A DNA stretch of 64,000 bases from Pirellulales bacterium (lineage in GTDB: Bacteria; Planctomycetota; Planctomycetia; Pirellulales; UBA1268), in NCBI GenBank assembly GCA_044376405.1, contig JBILKZ010000004.1, forward strand, positions 1,953 through 65,952, read 5' to 3'. The notes below the pieces were generated by a model, which searched no databases, was not told where the DNA came from, and saw nothing but the letters and a program-made list of their open reading frames with translations. Both the position numbers and the translations under genes were made by a program. The stretch's first letter is position 1. The number at the start of each line of letters is the position of its first letter. Shown in pieces: positions 56,616 through 64,000 of the stretch.

Positions 56616-57989
56616 ATGAACTATCTGTCTCAATCCTGGTTGATCGACCGCCGGCACGCGCTGCGGGCGTTGGGAACTTGCATCTCCCTGCCCATGCTGG
56701 AATGCATGATCCCGCTCCGAGCGGCCGAGGAACAGGCCGCCTCGCCTCGGCGCAGCGCCTTCATCTACCTTGCCAACGGCGTCCATTCGCTCAACTACCA
56801 GATCACCAAGCCGGGGAAGGACTACGAATTCTCGCGATCGCTGAAGCCTCTGGAGAAGCACCGCGACGTGATCACCCCGATCAGCGGCCTGCATCACCCG
56901 GGAGCCATCAGTCATCACCACAACTGCATTTCAGTCTGGCTGACGGGCGGAAAGCTCGGCCCTTCGGATCGCAATTCGATCTCCGTGGACCAGAAGATGG
57001 CGGAGATCACGGCGCCGCACACCCGTTACCCGTCCATGGAGGTCGCCCTCACACAGGGCTCCCTCGCCTGGACTGCCGATGGGGTCCAACTTCCCGCGTT
57101 GCGTCGTTGCAGCGAGATCTTCGCGTCCCTGTTCGAAGAACCGAAAGGCGGCAAAACGGTCCAGAGGAGGAACTTGCGACGCAAAGGCAGCGTCCTGGAC
57201 GCCAACCTCGCGGAAGTGCGGCGGCTCGATACAAAGATGGGGGCTGAAGACAAAGGACGCATGGACCAATACCTCACCTCCGTCCGAGAGGCGGAGATCC
57301 GCACCCGGCGGGCCGATGCGTGGCTCGACACGCCGTTGCCCGTGGTCTCCGATGCCGACCGCAAACGCACCAACCGCGACATCGCCGCGACGATGGCGGG
57401 TGATTATTTCCGCACGGTGTATGACCTGATGGTGCTCGCGTTTCAGACGGACGCGACACGCGTGGCCACCTTCAGTCTGGGCGGTGAGGGGGAGGCCTTC
57501 GCTATTCCCGAAATCGGCATCACCGAGTCGCGGCATCAGCTCAGCCACCACGGTGGCGACGCCGGCTACATGGAGAAGCTCACCAACTACGATACCTTCG
57601 CCATCGAGCAGTTCAGCTACTTCCTCTCGCGCCTTGAGGAGACGAAGGACGTCAACGGCCAGCCGCTTCTGGGCTCCACGATGGCACTCTTTGGCAGCGG
57701 CATGTCCTACGGCCACAGCCATGGCAACGCCAACCTCCCGCTCGTGCTTGCCGGCGGGTCGGACCTTGGCCTGAAGCACGGCAGCCATCTCGACTTCAAC
57801 AGGGACGCCGAAGGCTTCCAAGGCTACGCGATCGGAGCGGACGGAGCGCTGACCAGCGCGCATTACCAACTCTGCAGCCGTCCCGCGAACGCCGACGCGC
57901 ACATGAGCAACCTGCTGCTTCTCATGGCCCAGCGGATGGGAGTGGAGATCGACCGGTTTGGCGACAGTAACAGGGTGATCGAGGTGTAA
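56616..57989 (+). CDS. DUF1552 domain protein
   Basis: The N-terminus [29 protein letters not shown] (Tat-like), the body and the pairing with a DUF1592 gene directly upstream are the canonical arrangement. Confidence 0.88.
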   Translation: MNYLSQSWLIDRRHALRALGTCISLPMLECMIPLRAAEEQAASPRRSAFIYLANGVHSLNYQITKPGKDYEFSRSLKPLEKHRDVITPISGLHHPGAISHHHNCISVWLTGGKLGPSDRNSISVDQKMAEITAPHTRYPSMEVALTQGSLAWTADGVQLPALRRCSEIFASLFEEPKGGKTVQRRNLRRKGSVLDANLAEVRRLDTKMGAEDKGRMDQYLTSVREAEIRTRRADAWLDTPLPVVSDADRKRTNRDIAATMAGDYFRTVYDLMVLAFQTDATRVATFSLGGEGEAFAIPEIGITESRHQLSHHGGDAGYMEKLTNYDTFAIEQFSYFLSRLEETKDVNGQPLLGSTMALFGSGMSYGHSHGNANLPLVLAGGSDLGLKHGSHLDFNRDAEGFQGYAIGADGALTSAHYQLCSRPANADAHMSNLLLLMAQRMGVEIDRFGDSNRVIEV

Positions 57990-57995
57990 GAAGCG

Positions 57996-59261
57996 ATGAC
58001 CATGAACATGAGACTTGCCGCAACGATCTACCTGTCGCTCTCGCTGTTGGCAACGACTGCAGCGATCGCTGACGAGCCGTTCCGACCCGAAGCGGGGAAG
58101 TTTCCCCCTCTGGAAAAAGCGCACGCCTACCGCGGCGAACTCGTGTTCTTGGACCATACGAACCGGCGGGGCAGCATGCGCGTGCAAGGGGCGGGCCAAT
58201 TTTTCCGTAACGACCCGCAACCCTTCGCCATGCTTCCCTACGGCATCGTCCGCTATCACGGCGCAGCGGCAGATCTCAGGGACATTCCATTGGGCACCGT
58301 GCTGCGCGTCCATGCCTTTCTCCCCCCGGACCCCAAGATCTCCTCCGTGCCTGTGCTACCGGTCAACAGCAAGAATGTGGACACGGGCCATTACCGTGGC
58401 ATCGGCTCGACACCCGCCGAGAACCACGTCCTGCTTCTCGAAGACGAGCCCAGTTCCTGCCAGCGCGAAGGGAAGGTCTGGAAGCTTAAAGAAGTGGACG
58501 TCAGGAATCTCCAGGGAATGATCATCGCCAGCCTCGAGCCGAATCAAGGCGGAGACGGCAAGGCTGCTGATGAAACGATGAACTTCGATGCCGCCACCCG
58601 AATCTGGCGAGGCCGTGAAAGCCTCAGCATTGCGGAACTCATCGCCGAAGGAGCGTGGCCCGCAGAGGGGAAAAAATCCCTCGGTGGCGAGGCTGTCTTG
58701 CTCGGTATCACCTGGAAGCCCACGCCGGGCGGCGTGTTCACCCGGTTCCACATCTCGGACATCTGGCTGGACGACGCCGCGATAGAGCGCGCCGCCCGCA
58801 ATCAAACCGAAGTGCACAAGGCCTTCATTCGTAGCCGCTGGATGCCCGCTTGGATCGATGCCGTCGAGTATGGCAAGTTCGGCCGTGCGACGGTGACCGC
58901 GACGTTGTTCGGCGGCATGGACCCCTCTCTCTACGCCGATTTTACGAAAGAGAGCGAGGTATTGATGAATGGGGCCGAGAATACGTTGAAGCATGCTGGC
59001 GGGCACTACGGTCCCGCGCACATGGCCTCAAAAGGCCCGATCCGGGATGTCATCAAGACGCCCGGAGAGGTGCCGCTGGGAAGCAGCGGCATCCAAATCA
59101 TTTTTGAGACGGACCTCATTATCGAAGGCATTCGCCCCGGGAGGGTTGTCCGTGTCCGCCCCGCAGGTTGGCCTGAAGTTCAGGTGCCTTGGGATGAGTG
59201 CCTGCGCGATGGCAGCCATGAAGTCCGCTTCCCCACCCCGGCCATATTCCCCAAATACTGA
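57996..59261 (+). CDS. secreted hypothetical protein (421 aa)
   Basis: Starts 6 nt after the DUF1552 stop. Signal peptide MRLAATIYLSLSLLATTAAIA. Non-repetitive globular composition. No family recognised. Confidence 0.7.
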   Translation: MTMNMRLAATIYLSLSLLATTAAIADEPFRPEAGKFPPLEKAHAYRGELVFLDHTNRRGSMRVQGAGQFFRNDPQPFAMLPYGIVRYHGAAADLRDIPLGTVLRVHAFLPPDPKISSVPVLPVNSKNVDTGHYRGIGSTPAENHVLLLEDEPSSCQREGKVWKLKEVDVRNLQGMIIASLEPNQGGDGKAADETMNFDAATRIWRGRESLSIAELIAEGAWPAEGKKSLGGEAVLLGITWKPTPGGVFTRFHISDIWLDDAAIERAARNQTEVHKAFIRSRWMPAWIDAVEYGKFGRATVTATLFGGMDPSLYADFTKESEVLMNGAENTLKHAGGHYGPAHMASKGPIRDVIKTPGEVPLGSSGIQIIFETDLIIEGIRPGRVVRVRPAGWPEVQVPWDECLRDGSHEVRFPTPAIFPKY

Positions 59262-59346
59262 CGGCTTCGCGTTCTTGGTCAGCAACGCTCTCAACCAGCG
59301 GATGGGGTGGGATTCTTCCGGCGAGAATACACCATCCGGCTGGATT

Positions 59347-59374
59347 CCTGGGGTTTGCGATGCAAACCCACTGG
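59347..59374. other. dyad-symmetric sequence, candidate recombinase site
   Basis: cctg GGGTTTGC gat GCAAACCC actgg. The perfect 8-bp arms are at 59351-59358 and 59362-59369, about 190 nt upstream of the recombinase start. Confidence 0.3.
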
Positions 59375-59559
59375 CACCATGGATTTACGTGTGTCTGGCA
59401 GCGTGTGGCGAGAATCGGTCAGAGACGGTTTTCGGCGGACATTCTCAGCACACTTCTAGCACACGCGATTTTTCGCGGCGCTGAAAACGGTTGGATGATC
59501 CGGACCATCCGCCACACGCTCCCCTGCCCTACCATCGCCGGTGCGGCGGGAGGTGCCGC

Positions 59560-61554
59560 ATGAACCTTCGCGAAATATTGGCCATTCCGGCCGATCGCCC
59601 GCTCGACGTTCTGATCCACACACGCTACTCGACCGACGAGCAGAGTCAATCGAGCATCGATGGACAGATCAACGCCTGCCAGCGGTTTCTGACAGCGAAC
59701 CTGCCCCGGGAGTGCAGGCCCGAGCAGGTGAACGTGGAGATCATCCGCGAGCCGGAGATTAGCGGAGAGATCGCCGACCGGCCGGGCATCAACCAGGTCT
59801 GGGCGGGTATCAAGACCCACCGCTGGGATGTCATCCTGGCGGAGGAGTCGAGCCGGCTCTACCGGCATATGACGTTTGCGTCGCAGTTCTTCGACACGGC
59901 GGTCGATGCTGGAATCCGGGTGATATGCCCCACGGATTTTATCGACACCGCCGATGAGGACTGGCCCGAACGCCTGCACGCGGCACTCGGCCATCACGGC
60001 CGGGCCAACCACTTCACCCGGCGGCGGATCAAGCGAGCCCAGGAAAACCGCTGGCTCTCCGGGGCGGCGATGGGCGCGCTCGCCATCGGCTACAGGCGGC
60101 GGCCATCGATTCCAGCCACCGCCACGGACCCGGCCAGGAGACCGTTCTTCGACTCTATCGACGAGGAGCGAAAGCCGGTCATCGTGGAAATCTTCGAGCG
60201 GACTGCCAACGACGAGCCGCCCTGGGCGATCGCTGACTGGCTCACCTCGATCAACTTCCCGAAGGCGAAGAACAGCCAGAAGCCGGAATGGTCGGCGGGC
60301 AACGTGACCTCGCTTATGCGGCGTCCGATATACCGGGGCGAGGAAGTTTTTCGCACCAAGTTCTCCAAGCGGGAACTTCGGACGGGCCGCTCGAAGCTCG
60401 TCTGGAACACTGCAGACGGTGTGCTCACCAGGAAGAGTGAGCACCTGCGGATGGTGGGCGACTGGCTGTGGTACCGAGCCAATGCCGTCATCGACCGTCG
60501 CTGCACCCGGCTGCATCCCCCACGCGGCCCCGAGCACCCTCTGGCTGGAAAACCCCGCGACTCCCGGAAACTCCTCTCCGCGCTGTTTGTCTGCGGCATC
60601 TGCGGCGGACTGATGCATGCTGAGGGCCGCAACGAGGGCGGCTACCGCTGCGCCAATGCCAAAGTCTACGCCTGTTGGAACCGGGCCACGTGTCTCCGGT
60701 CACAGGCTCATCCTGCGATTCTCCGGCAGGTTGTTGATGCCTTGATGTCGGTTGCCGGGGTCCGGGAGCGGCTGGTTGCCCGTGTTCAGGAACTGCACGC
60801 CACCGGCGGCGATATCGCTGCCGAGCGGCGGTCCCTTGAGTCGGAGGCTCGGAAGCTTACGACGAGCATCGAGAACATAGGACTCGCAATCGAACGCGGT
60901 GCTGGCAGTATCGACTCCTTGGCCGAGCGGCTGGCCGGTCGGGAACGGGAACTCAAGCTGGTGCGATCCCGGCTCGAGGAGCTGGCCTCGCGGGAAAGTC
61001 AGCGGGCCGCTCTCCCGTCGCCCGACGAGCTGCTCGGGCATCTGGAATCGCTCCGGGCGGAGCTCATCGCCGGGGATCGACGGGCTCCTGTCATCCTGCG
61101 GAGCCTTCTCCATGGTCCGATCCGGGCGGTGCCCTACCAGCAGTTCGGCACCGACAAGGTGGTACTCCGGGCCGAGTTCGAGGTCACACTCACGAGCGGT
61201 CTGCCGGCCGTGATCGGTGAGTCGATCCGGCAGGACGGCATCGAGATGGTGGACGGCATCACGCTCGTACGAAGGCCGCTTGTGGTCGATCTCTTTGAGA
61301 TGTCCACCGTGCCCCTACACGCTGTCGAGGCCCACGAACTACGGGAAACCGGGATGTCTCTTTCAAAGGTCGGCGCGGCTCTTGGCATCTCCAAGCGACT
61401 CGCAGACTGGGCATCCCGGATGGGCGCTGCGATGGCAGCTCGCGGCCTGACCGATCCGTTCGTCCGGCTGACGGAACGGCCCGAGAAAGTTTCCCGGTGG
61501 AACCGCGAACGCGGCCGCCGCGACGACGGCAACGATCAACGCCGAGCGTCGTAG
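59560..61554 (+). CDS. large serine recombinase (resolvase catalytic domain, recombinase domain, zinc ribbon/coiled coil, C-terminal HTH-like extension)
   Basis: ATG at 59560 with a GGGAGG RBS. Catalytic region VLIHTRYSTDEQSQSSIDGQ. Zinc ribbon FVCGICGG...YRCANAKVYACWNRATC. Coiled coil (ERRSLESEARKLTTSIENIGLAIERG...RERELKLVRSRLEEL). Tail MSLSKVGAALGISKRLADW. Confidence 0.9.
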   Translation: MNLREILAIPADRPLDVLIHTRYSTDEQSQSSIDGQINACQRFLTANLPRECRPEQVNVEIIREPEISGEIADRPGINQVWAGIKTHRWDVILAEESSRLYRHMTFASQFFDTAVDAGIRVICPTDFIDTADEDWPERLHAALGHHGRANHFTRRRIKRAQENRWLSGAAMGALAIGYRRRPSIPATATDPARRPFFDSIDEERKPVIVEIFERTANDEPPWAIADWLTSINFPKAKNSQKPEWSAGNVTSLMRRPIYRGEEVFRTKFSKRELRTGRSKLVWNTADGVLTRKSEHLRMVGDWLWYRANAVIDRRCTRLHPPRGPEHPLAGKPRDSRKLLSALFVCGICGGLMHAEGRNEGGYRCANAKVYACWNRATCLRSQAHPAILRQVVDALMSVAGVRERLVARVQELHATGGDIAAERRSLESEARKLTTSIENIGLAIERGAGSIDSLAERLAGRERELKLVRSRLEELASRESQRAALPSPDELLGHLESLRAELIAGDRRAPVILRSLLHGPIRAVPYQQFGTDKVVLRAEFEVTLTSGLPAVIGESIRQDGIEMVDGITLVRRPLVVDLFEMSTVPLHAVEAHELRETGMSLSKVGAALGISKRLADWASRMGAAMAARGLTDPFVRLTERPEKVSRWNRERGRRDDGNDQRRAS

Positions 61555-61586
61555 GCCGGCTTTGGTCATGGGGAATGTGCTCGCTT

Positions 61587-61618
61587 GCGGCCGTGGCGCC
61601 CCATGCTGCCACGGCCGC
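61587..61618. repeat. hairpin repeat copy A (11-bp perfect stem)
   Basis: gcggccgtggc, loop gccccatgct, gccacggccgc. Lies between the convergent recombinase stop (61554) and toxin stop (61630). 26 of 32 nt are identical to copy B at 62497-62528. Confidence 0.75.
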
Positions 61619-61629
61619 GAGCACCGATG

Positions 61630-62118
61630 TCAGCCGTGCTTTCCACCGCGTTCGCGGTCGAGCTCCAGCAGACCGTTCATCAGTGCGTCGGGCGCACGAA
61701 ACGACGTGGCTCGTAAAGCGGTGAACGCATCTGGCAGCGATATCAAGCTCCGTTCTGCAGCCATCGCAAGAATCGCCACGGTGCCGGTCGTTCGGATGCC
61801 ACGTCGCTTGGCGACGTTCGTGCCGGCTCGCTCGTCAATCAGGAGAGTGTCCGCATGCGTCTCGAGAGCGAGAGCAATGGCAGCAGATTCGCCAGGCCCC
61901 AGCCCAAGATCATCGACACCGCCGCGAACCGGCATCACGCGAAGCCAGGATGGAGGATCTGCAGCCCACGCTCGCACTGCCTCTGGGGCCCGCGGGTGCG
62001 TCAGCTCAGCAATCACCTCCGGCGGGGTTATCAACTCCACGAAGAGTTGTCGCAACACATCTTCGGCCTTGATCTGCACGAGATAGTGCAGCGGAGAGCT
62101 GTCGGCGACGCCCTTCAT
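61630..62118 (-). CDS. DUF3368 (PIN-like) toxin-type protein
   Basis: 162 aa. MKGVADSSPLHYLVQI...LITPPEVIAEL...GPGESAAIALALE...LLIDERAGTNVAKRRGI is the pattern of the DUF3368 partners of UPF0175 antitoxins. Its start overlaps the upstream stop (ATGA at 62115-62118). Confidence 0.8.
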   Translation of the reverse strand: MKGVADSSPLHYLVQIKAEDVLRQLFVELITPPEVIAELTHPRAPEAVRAWAADPPSWLRVMPVRGGVDDLGLGPGESAAIALALETHADTLLIDERAGTNVAKRRGIRTTGTVAILAMAAERSLISLPDAFTALRATSFRAPDALMNGLLELDRERGGKHG

Positions 62119-62381
62119 TGCCCGATCAGTCTGCGAAGCGTGGCGATCTGCTCGCCCAACTCTTCCGCGGTGACGAGATCCTCCGTCACGTGATGTCGCT
62201 TCAGAAGATCATCAGTCTCGAATCGCGTCATACCCAGCGAAAGGCCAAGCTGGTGATGAGAGATCGTCCCTTGGCGGTAGAGCTCCACAAGCGCAGCTTC
62301 CTTCGCCAAGACATCGAGGTTTGTCACGTCCCGCCGAAGCTGCTGTTCGACGGCGGCCGGTAGGTCGAACGTAATCGACAT
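62115..62381 (-). CDS. UPF0175-family antitoxin-type protein
   Basis: Trimmed to the ATG at 62381: MSITFDLPAAVEQQLRRD...EAALVELYRQGTISHHQLGLSLGMTRFETDDLLKRHHV, a typical UPF0175 sequence pattern. Confidence 0.8.
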   Translation of the reverse strand: MSITFDLPAAVEQQLRRDVTNLDVLAKEAALVELYRQGTISHHQLGLSLGMTRFETDDLLKRHHVTEDLVTAEELGEQIATLRRLIGQ

Positions 62382-62496
62382 GTTGATTCTCCACAGTTTC
62401 AGGACAGCTTCAGTGTAGTCGCAGCCGGCGTCGCTGCACACACAGCTTGCGAGTGTCCGGATCGCTTCCGGTCGCATCTATCTATCTGACTCAGTC

Positions 62497-62534
62497 GCGG
62501 CCGTGGCGGCCTTCGCTGCCATGGCCGTTTTTTT
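62497..62534 (+). terminator. hairpin repeat copy B followed by T7: intrinsic-terminator-like element
   Basis: gcggccgtggc, loop ggccttcgct, gccatggccgt (with G-U wobbles), then a run of seven T that includes the last stem base (62528-62534). Ends 36 nt upstream of the ATG at 62571. Confidence 0.6.
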
Positions 62535-62570
62535 CGTTTCTACCCTTTCCCCTCCCCTTTAGAGGTTTCT

Positions 62571-62807
62571 ATGCGCATCGTGACCTACCACGGTCGACCT
62601 GTGTCCCGTATCCACCACCTGCCGAGCGGGTGGCTTTGCCTGAAGCTCTACGAACGCTTTCCTGACGGCCGTCCGCGGTATCTGCGGGTCTCATCCGAGC
62701 AGTGGGTCCGCGGCCGCCGCAACGAGTATTTCGATGACAGCGTTTGCCGCAGCAAGGTCTGCCGAGAGATCGCCTCCAACTATGTTCGGAGCCTGCGGCA
62801 CCACTGA
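62571..62807 (+). CDS. hypothetical protein (78 aa)
   Basis: ATG with a weak AGAGG upstream. Coding-like third-position bias. Basic protein with Cys pairs (WLCLK..., DSVCRSKVCRE). Followed directly by a strong terminator. Confidence 0.5.
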   Translation: MRIVTYHGRPVSRIHHLPSGWLCLKLYERFPDGRPRYLRVSSEQWVRGRRNEYFDDSVCRSKVCREIASNYVRSLRHH

Positions 62808-62812
62808 GCCGC

Positions 62813-62844
62813 AAAGCCGTCCCCAACTGGGGGCGGCTTTTTTT
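62813..62844 (+). terminator. rho-independent terminator
   Basis: aaagccgtcccc, loop aact, gggggcggcttt. The 12-bp stem has one G-U pair and is followed by four more T (62841-62844). Starts 6 nt after the stop at 62807. Confidence 0.8.
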
Positions 62845-63103
62845 AGCTATCAGAGGGCAGTGCCGACGGGCAAAACGGGCGTCGCGGCGACCCCGGCTCC
62901 GAGAAGCAGGAATAGGCCGCGCTCCCGGACGGGAGATACCGCTATTCTCGTTTCCCATACCCCCTGTAGATCCCTGCTGTCTGTGAACCAGCAAGGCCCA
63001 CGGAAGCATCTCGACTGGTTTCCCGTTCCTCGGCAAACCGCCTCAGTGCACGCGATCAGCGACACGGGTCGTCAGCCGTTGTCTTTTCCGCAATAATCTC
63101 GAG

Positions 63104-64000
63104 ATGAGCGGAGTTCCGCAATTACCCACCATCGATTCCGTCGCGACGCCTGCGCTGGTCGTCGACGCGGCGAGAATGCGCAGGAACATCGAACAACTGG
63201 CCGCCTACGCGGCAGCCCACGGCATCGCGGTGCGGCCGCACACGAAAACGCACAAGAGCGTCGAAATCGCCCGTCAGCAACTCGCCGTCGGGGCCCGGGG
63301 CCTGACCGTCGCGAAGATTGGTGAGGCTGAGTCGCTGCTGCCCGCGTTCGCAGGGGGCACGCCGGACGTCTTCGTGGCGTATCCCGTGGTAGACCCCGCG
63401 CGCACGGAGCGGCTCGCAACTCTGGCCCGTAAGGCACATATGCGTGTGGCCCTCGACACCGCCTCCGCGATCGAGGCCGTGGCGACGGCGGCCCATGCGG
63501 CCGGAGTGATCGTCGGCGTGCTCGTCGATCTGGACGTGGGCATGGGCCGCACCGGGGTCGCGACCGCCGACTCGCTCGTGTCGCTGGCCCAGGCCGTGGA
63601 GGCGAGCCCAGGCCTGCGGCTCGACGGCATCTTCTGCTACCCAGGCCACATCTGGGCGAAGCCCGCCGAGCAGGCGGCCCCGCTCGCGGCCGTAGCGGGC
63701 AGGCTGCAGGAAGCCATCGACCTGTTCGACCGCCACGGCCTCTGTCGCGAGATCGTGTCTGGAGGCTCGACACCGACGGCGTTTCAGTCGCACCTCGTGC
63801 CACAGTTCACCGAGATCCGCCCGGGGACGAACGTCTTTAACGACATGAACACGGTCCGCGGCGGCTTCTGTTCGCTCGATGACTGCGCCGCCAGCATCGT
63901 CTGCACGGTGATGAGCGACGCGGTGGGCGGCCAGGTCGTGCTCGACGGCGGCACAAAGACATTCACGAGCGACCGCTGCGGCCCGGCGCCGGACAGCGGC
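63104..64000 (+). CDS. D-threonine-aldolase/D-serine-dehydratase-like PLP enzyme (alanine racemase N-terminal fold), C-terminus cut by window edge
   Basis: Absent from the ORF track because it has no stop inside the window. Own translation from the ATG at 63104: MSGVPQLPTIDSVATPALVVDAARMRRNIEQLAAYAAAHGIAVRPHTKTHKSVEIARQQL...GLTVAKIGEAE. The RPHxKTHK lysine motif is typical of this family. Open for 299 codons to position 64000. Confidence 0.8.
   Translation, partial: MSGVPQLPTIDSVATPALVVDAARMRRNIEQLAAYAAAHGIAVRPHTKTHKSVEIARQQLAVGARGLTVAKIGEAESLLPAFAGGTPDVFVAYPVVDPARTERLATLARKAHMRVALDTASAIEAVATAAHAAGVIVGVLVDLDVGMGRTGVATADSLVSLAQAVEASPGLRLDGIFCYPGHIWAKPAEQAAPLAAVAGRLQEAIDLFDRHGLCREIVSGGSTPTAFQSHLVPQFTEIRPGTNVFNDMNTVRGGFCSLDDCAASIVCTVMSDAVGGQVVLDGGTKTFTSDRCGPAPDSG

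Larger units (their letters stand above)
59262..63103. mobile_element. putative small integrative islet or remnant (serine recombinase, TA pair, 78-aa ORF)
   Basis: Recombinase and TA module sit between two unrelated metabolic or secreted-protein genes. The noncoding flanks are visibly more AT-rich and contain dyad-symmetric sequences. Boundaries are not demonstrated. Confidence 0.35.

Noticed and set aside
54872-60618. Long minus-strand ORFs 54872-56020, 56931-58313 and 59419-60618
   Set aside because: They lie antisense to the DUF1592, DUF1552 and recombinase genes, all of which carry clear signatures. The minus-strand ORFs have no motifs of their own.
61587-62528. Hairpin repeats flanking the TA pair considered as integron attC sites
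   Set aside because: No RYYYAAC/GTTRRRY core sites are present. No IntI-type tyrosine integrase or attI is nearby, and the adjacent recombinase belongs to the serine family.
59262-63103. Islet considered as a prophage
   Set aside because: It is only about 3.8 kb and has no capsid, tail, terminase, lysis or replication genes. At most it is a minimal integrative element or a remnant.
63072-63803. 243-aa and 223-aa minus-strand ORFs at the right edge
   Set aside because: Extremely Arg/Pro-rich. They lie antisense to the plus-strand PLP-enzyme frame that carries the RPHxKTHK motif.

Overview
GC-rich chromosomal window (composition judged by eye, not computed) with planctomycete-like gene content: three DUF1559 prepilin-leader paralogs, a DUF1592/DUF1552 pair, PQQ-type beta-propellers and an LRR fusion protein. 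I can support about 50 protein-coding genes and found no rRNA, tRNA or CRISPR array. Recognisable housekeeping genes are purM, glgX, gntK, hrpB, two DEAD-box RNA helicases, an OYE-type reductase, a DsbD-like reductase, a di-haem cytochrome c peroxidase and a B12-radical-SAM enzyme. Five things stand out. (1) 37.5-50.0 kb holds a 12.5-kb recC-recB-recD-sbcD-like-sbcC-like operon. All four of its gene junctions are ATGA stop/start overlaps, its phosphoesterase has non-canonical metal-ligand motifs, and its SMC-like ATPase has no CxxC hook. (2) 59.3-63.1 kb is a small accessory islet. It carries a large serine recombinase, a DUF3368(PIN-like)/UPF0175 toxin-antitoxin pair bracketed by two copies of a 32-nt hairpin repeat, and a 78-aa ORF between two intrinsic terminators. 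(3) A DUF1592-family gene is split by a frameshift. (4) A 1228-aa Ser/Thr kinase-WD40 protein has a perfect in-frame 45-nt tandem duplication and an odd 12-nt tandem, triple-stop junction to the upstream VOC gene. (5) Two real genes are cut by the window edges and are therefore missing from the supplied ORF track: a Zn-metalloprotease at 1-1533 (minus) and a PLP enzyme at 63104-64000 (plus). Most long ORFs antisense to these genes are GC-driven shadow ORFs. All family names come from my own motif recognition; no database search was run.
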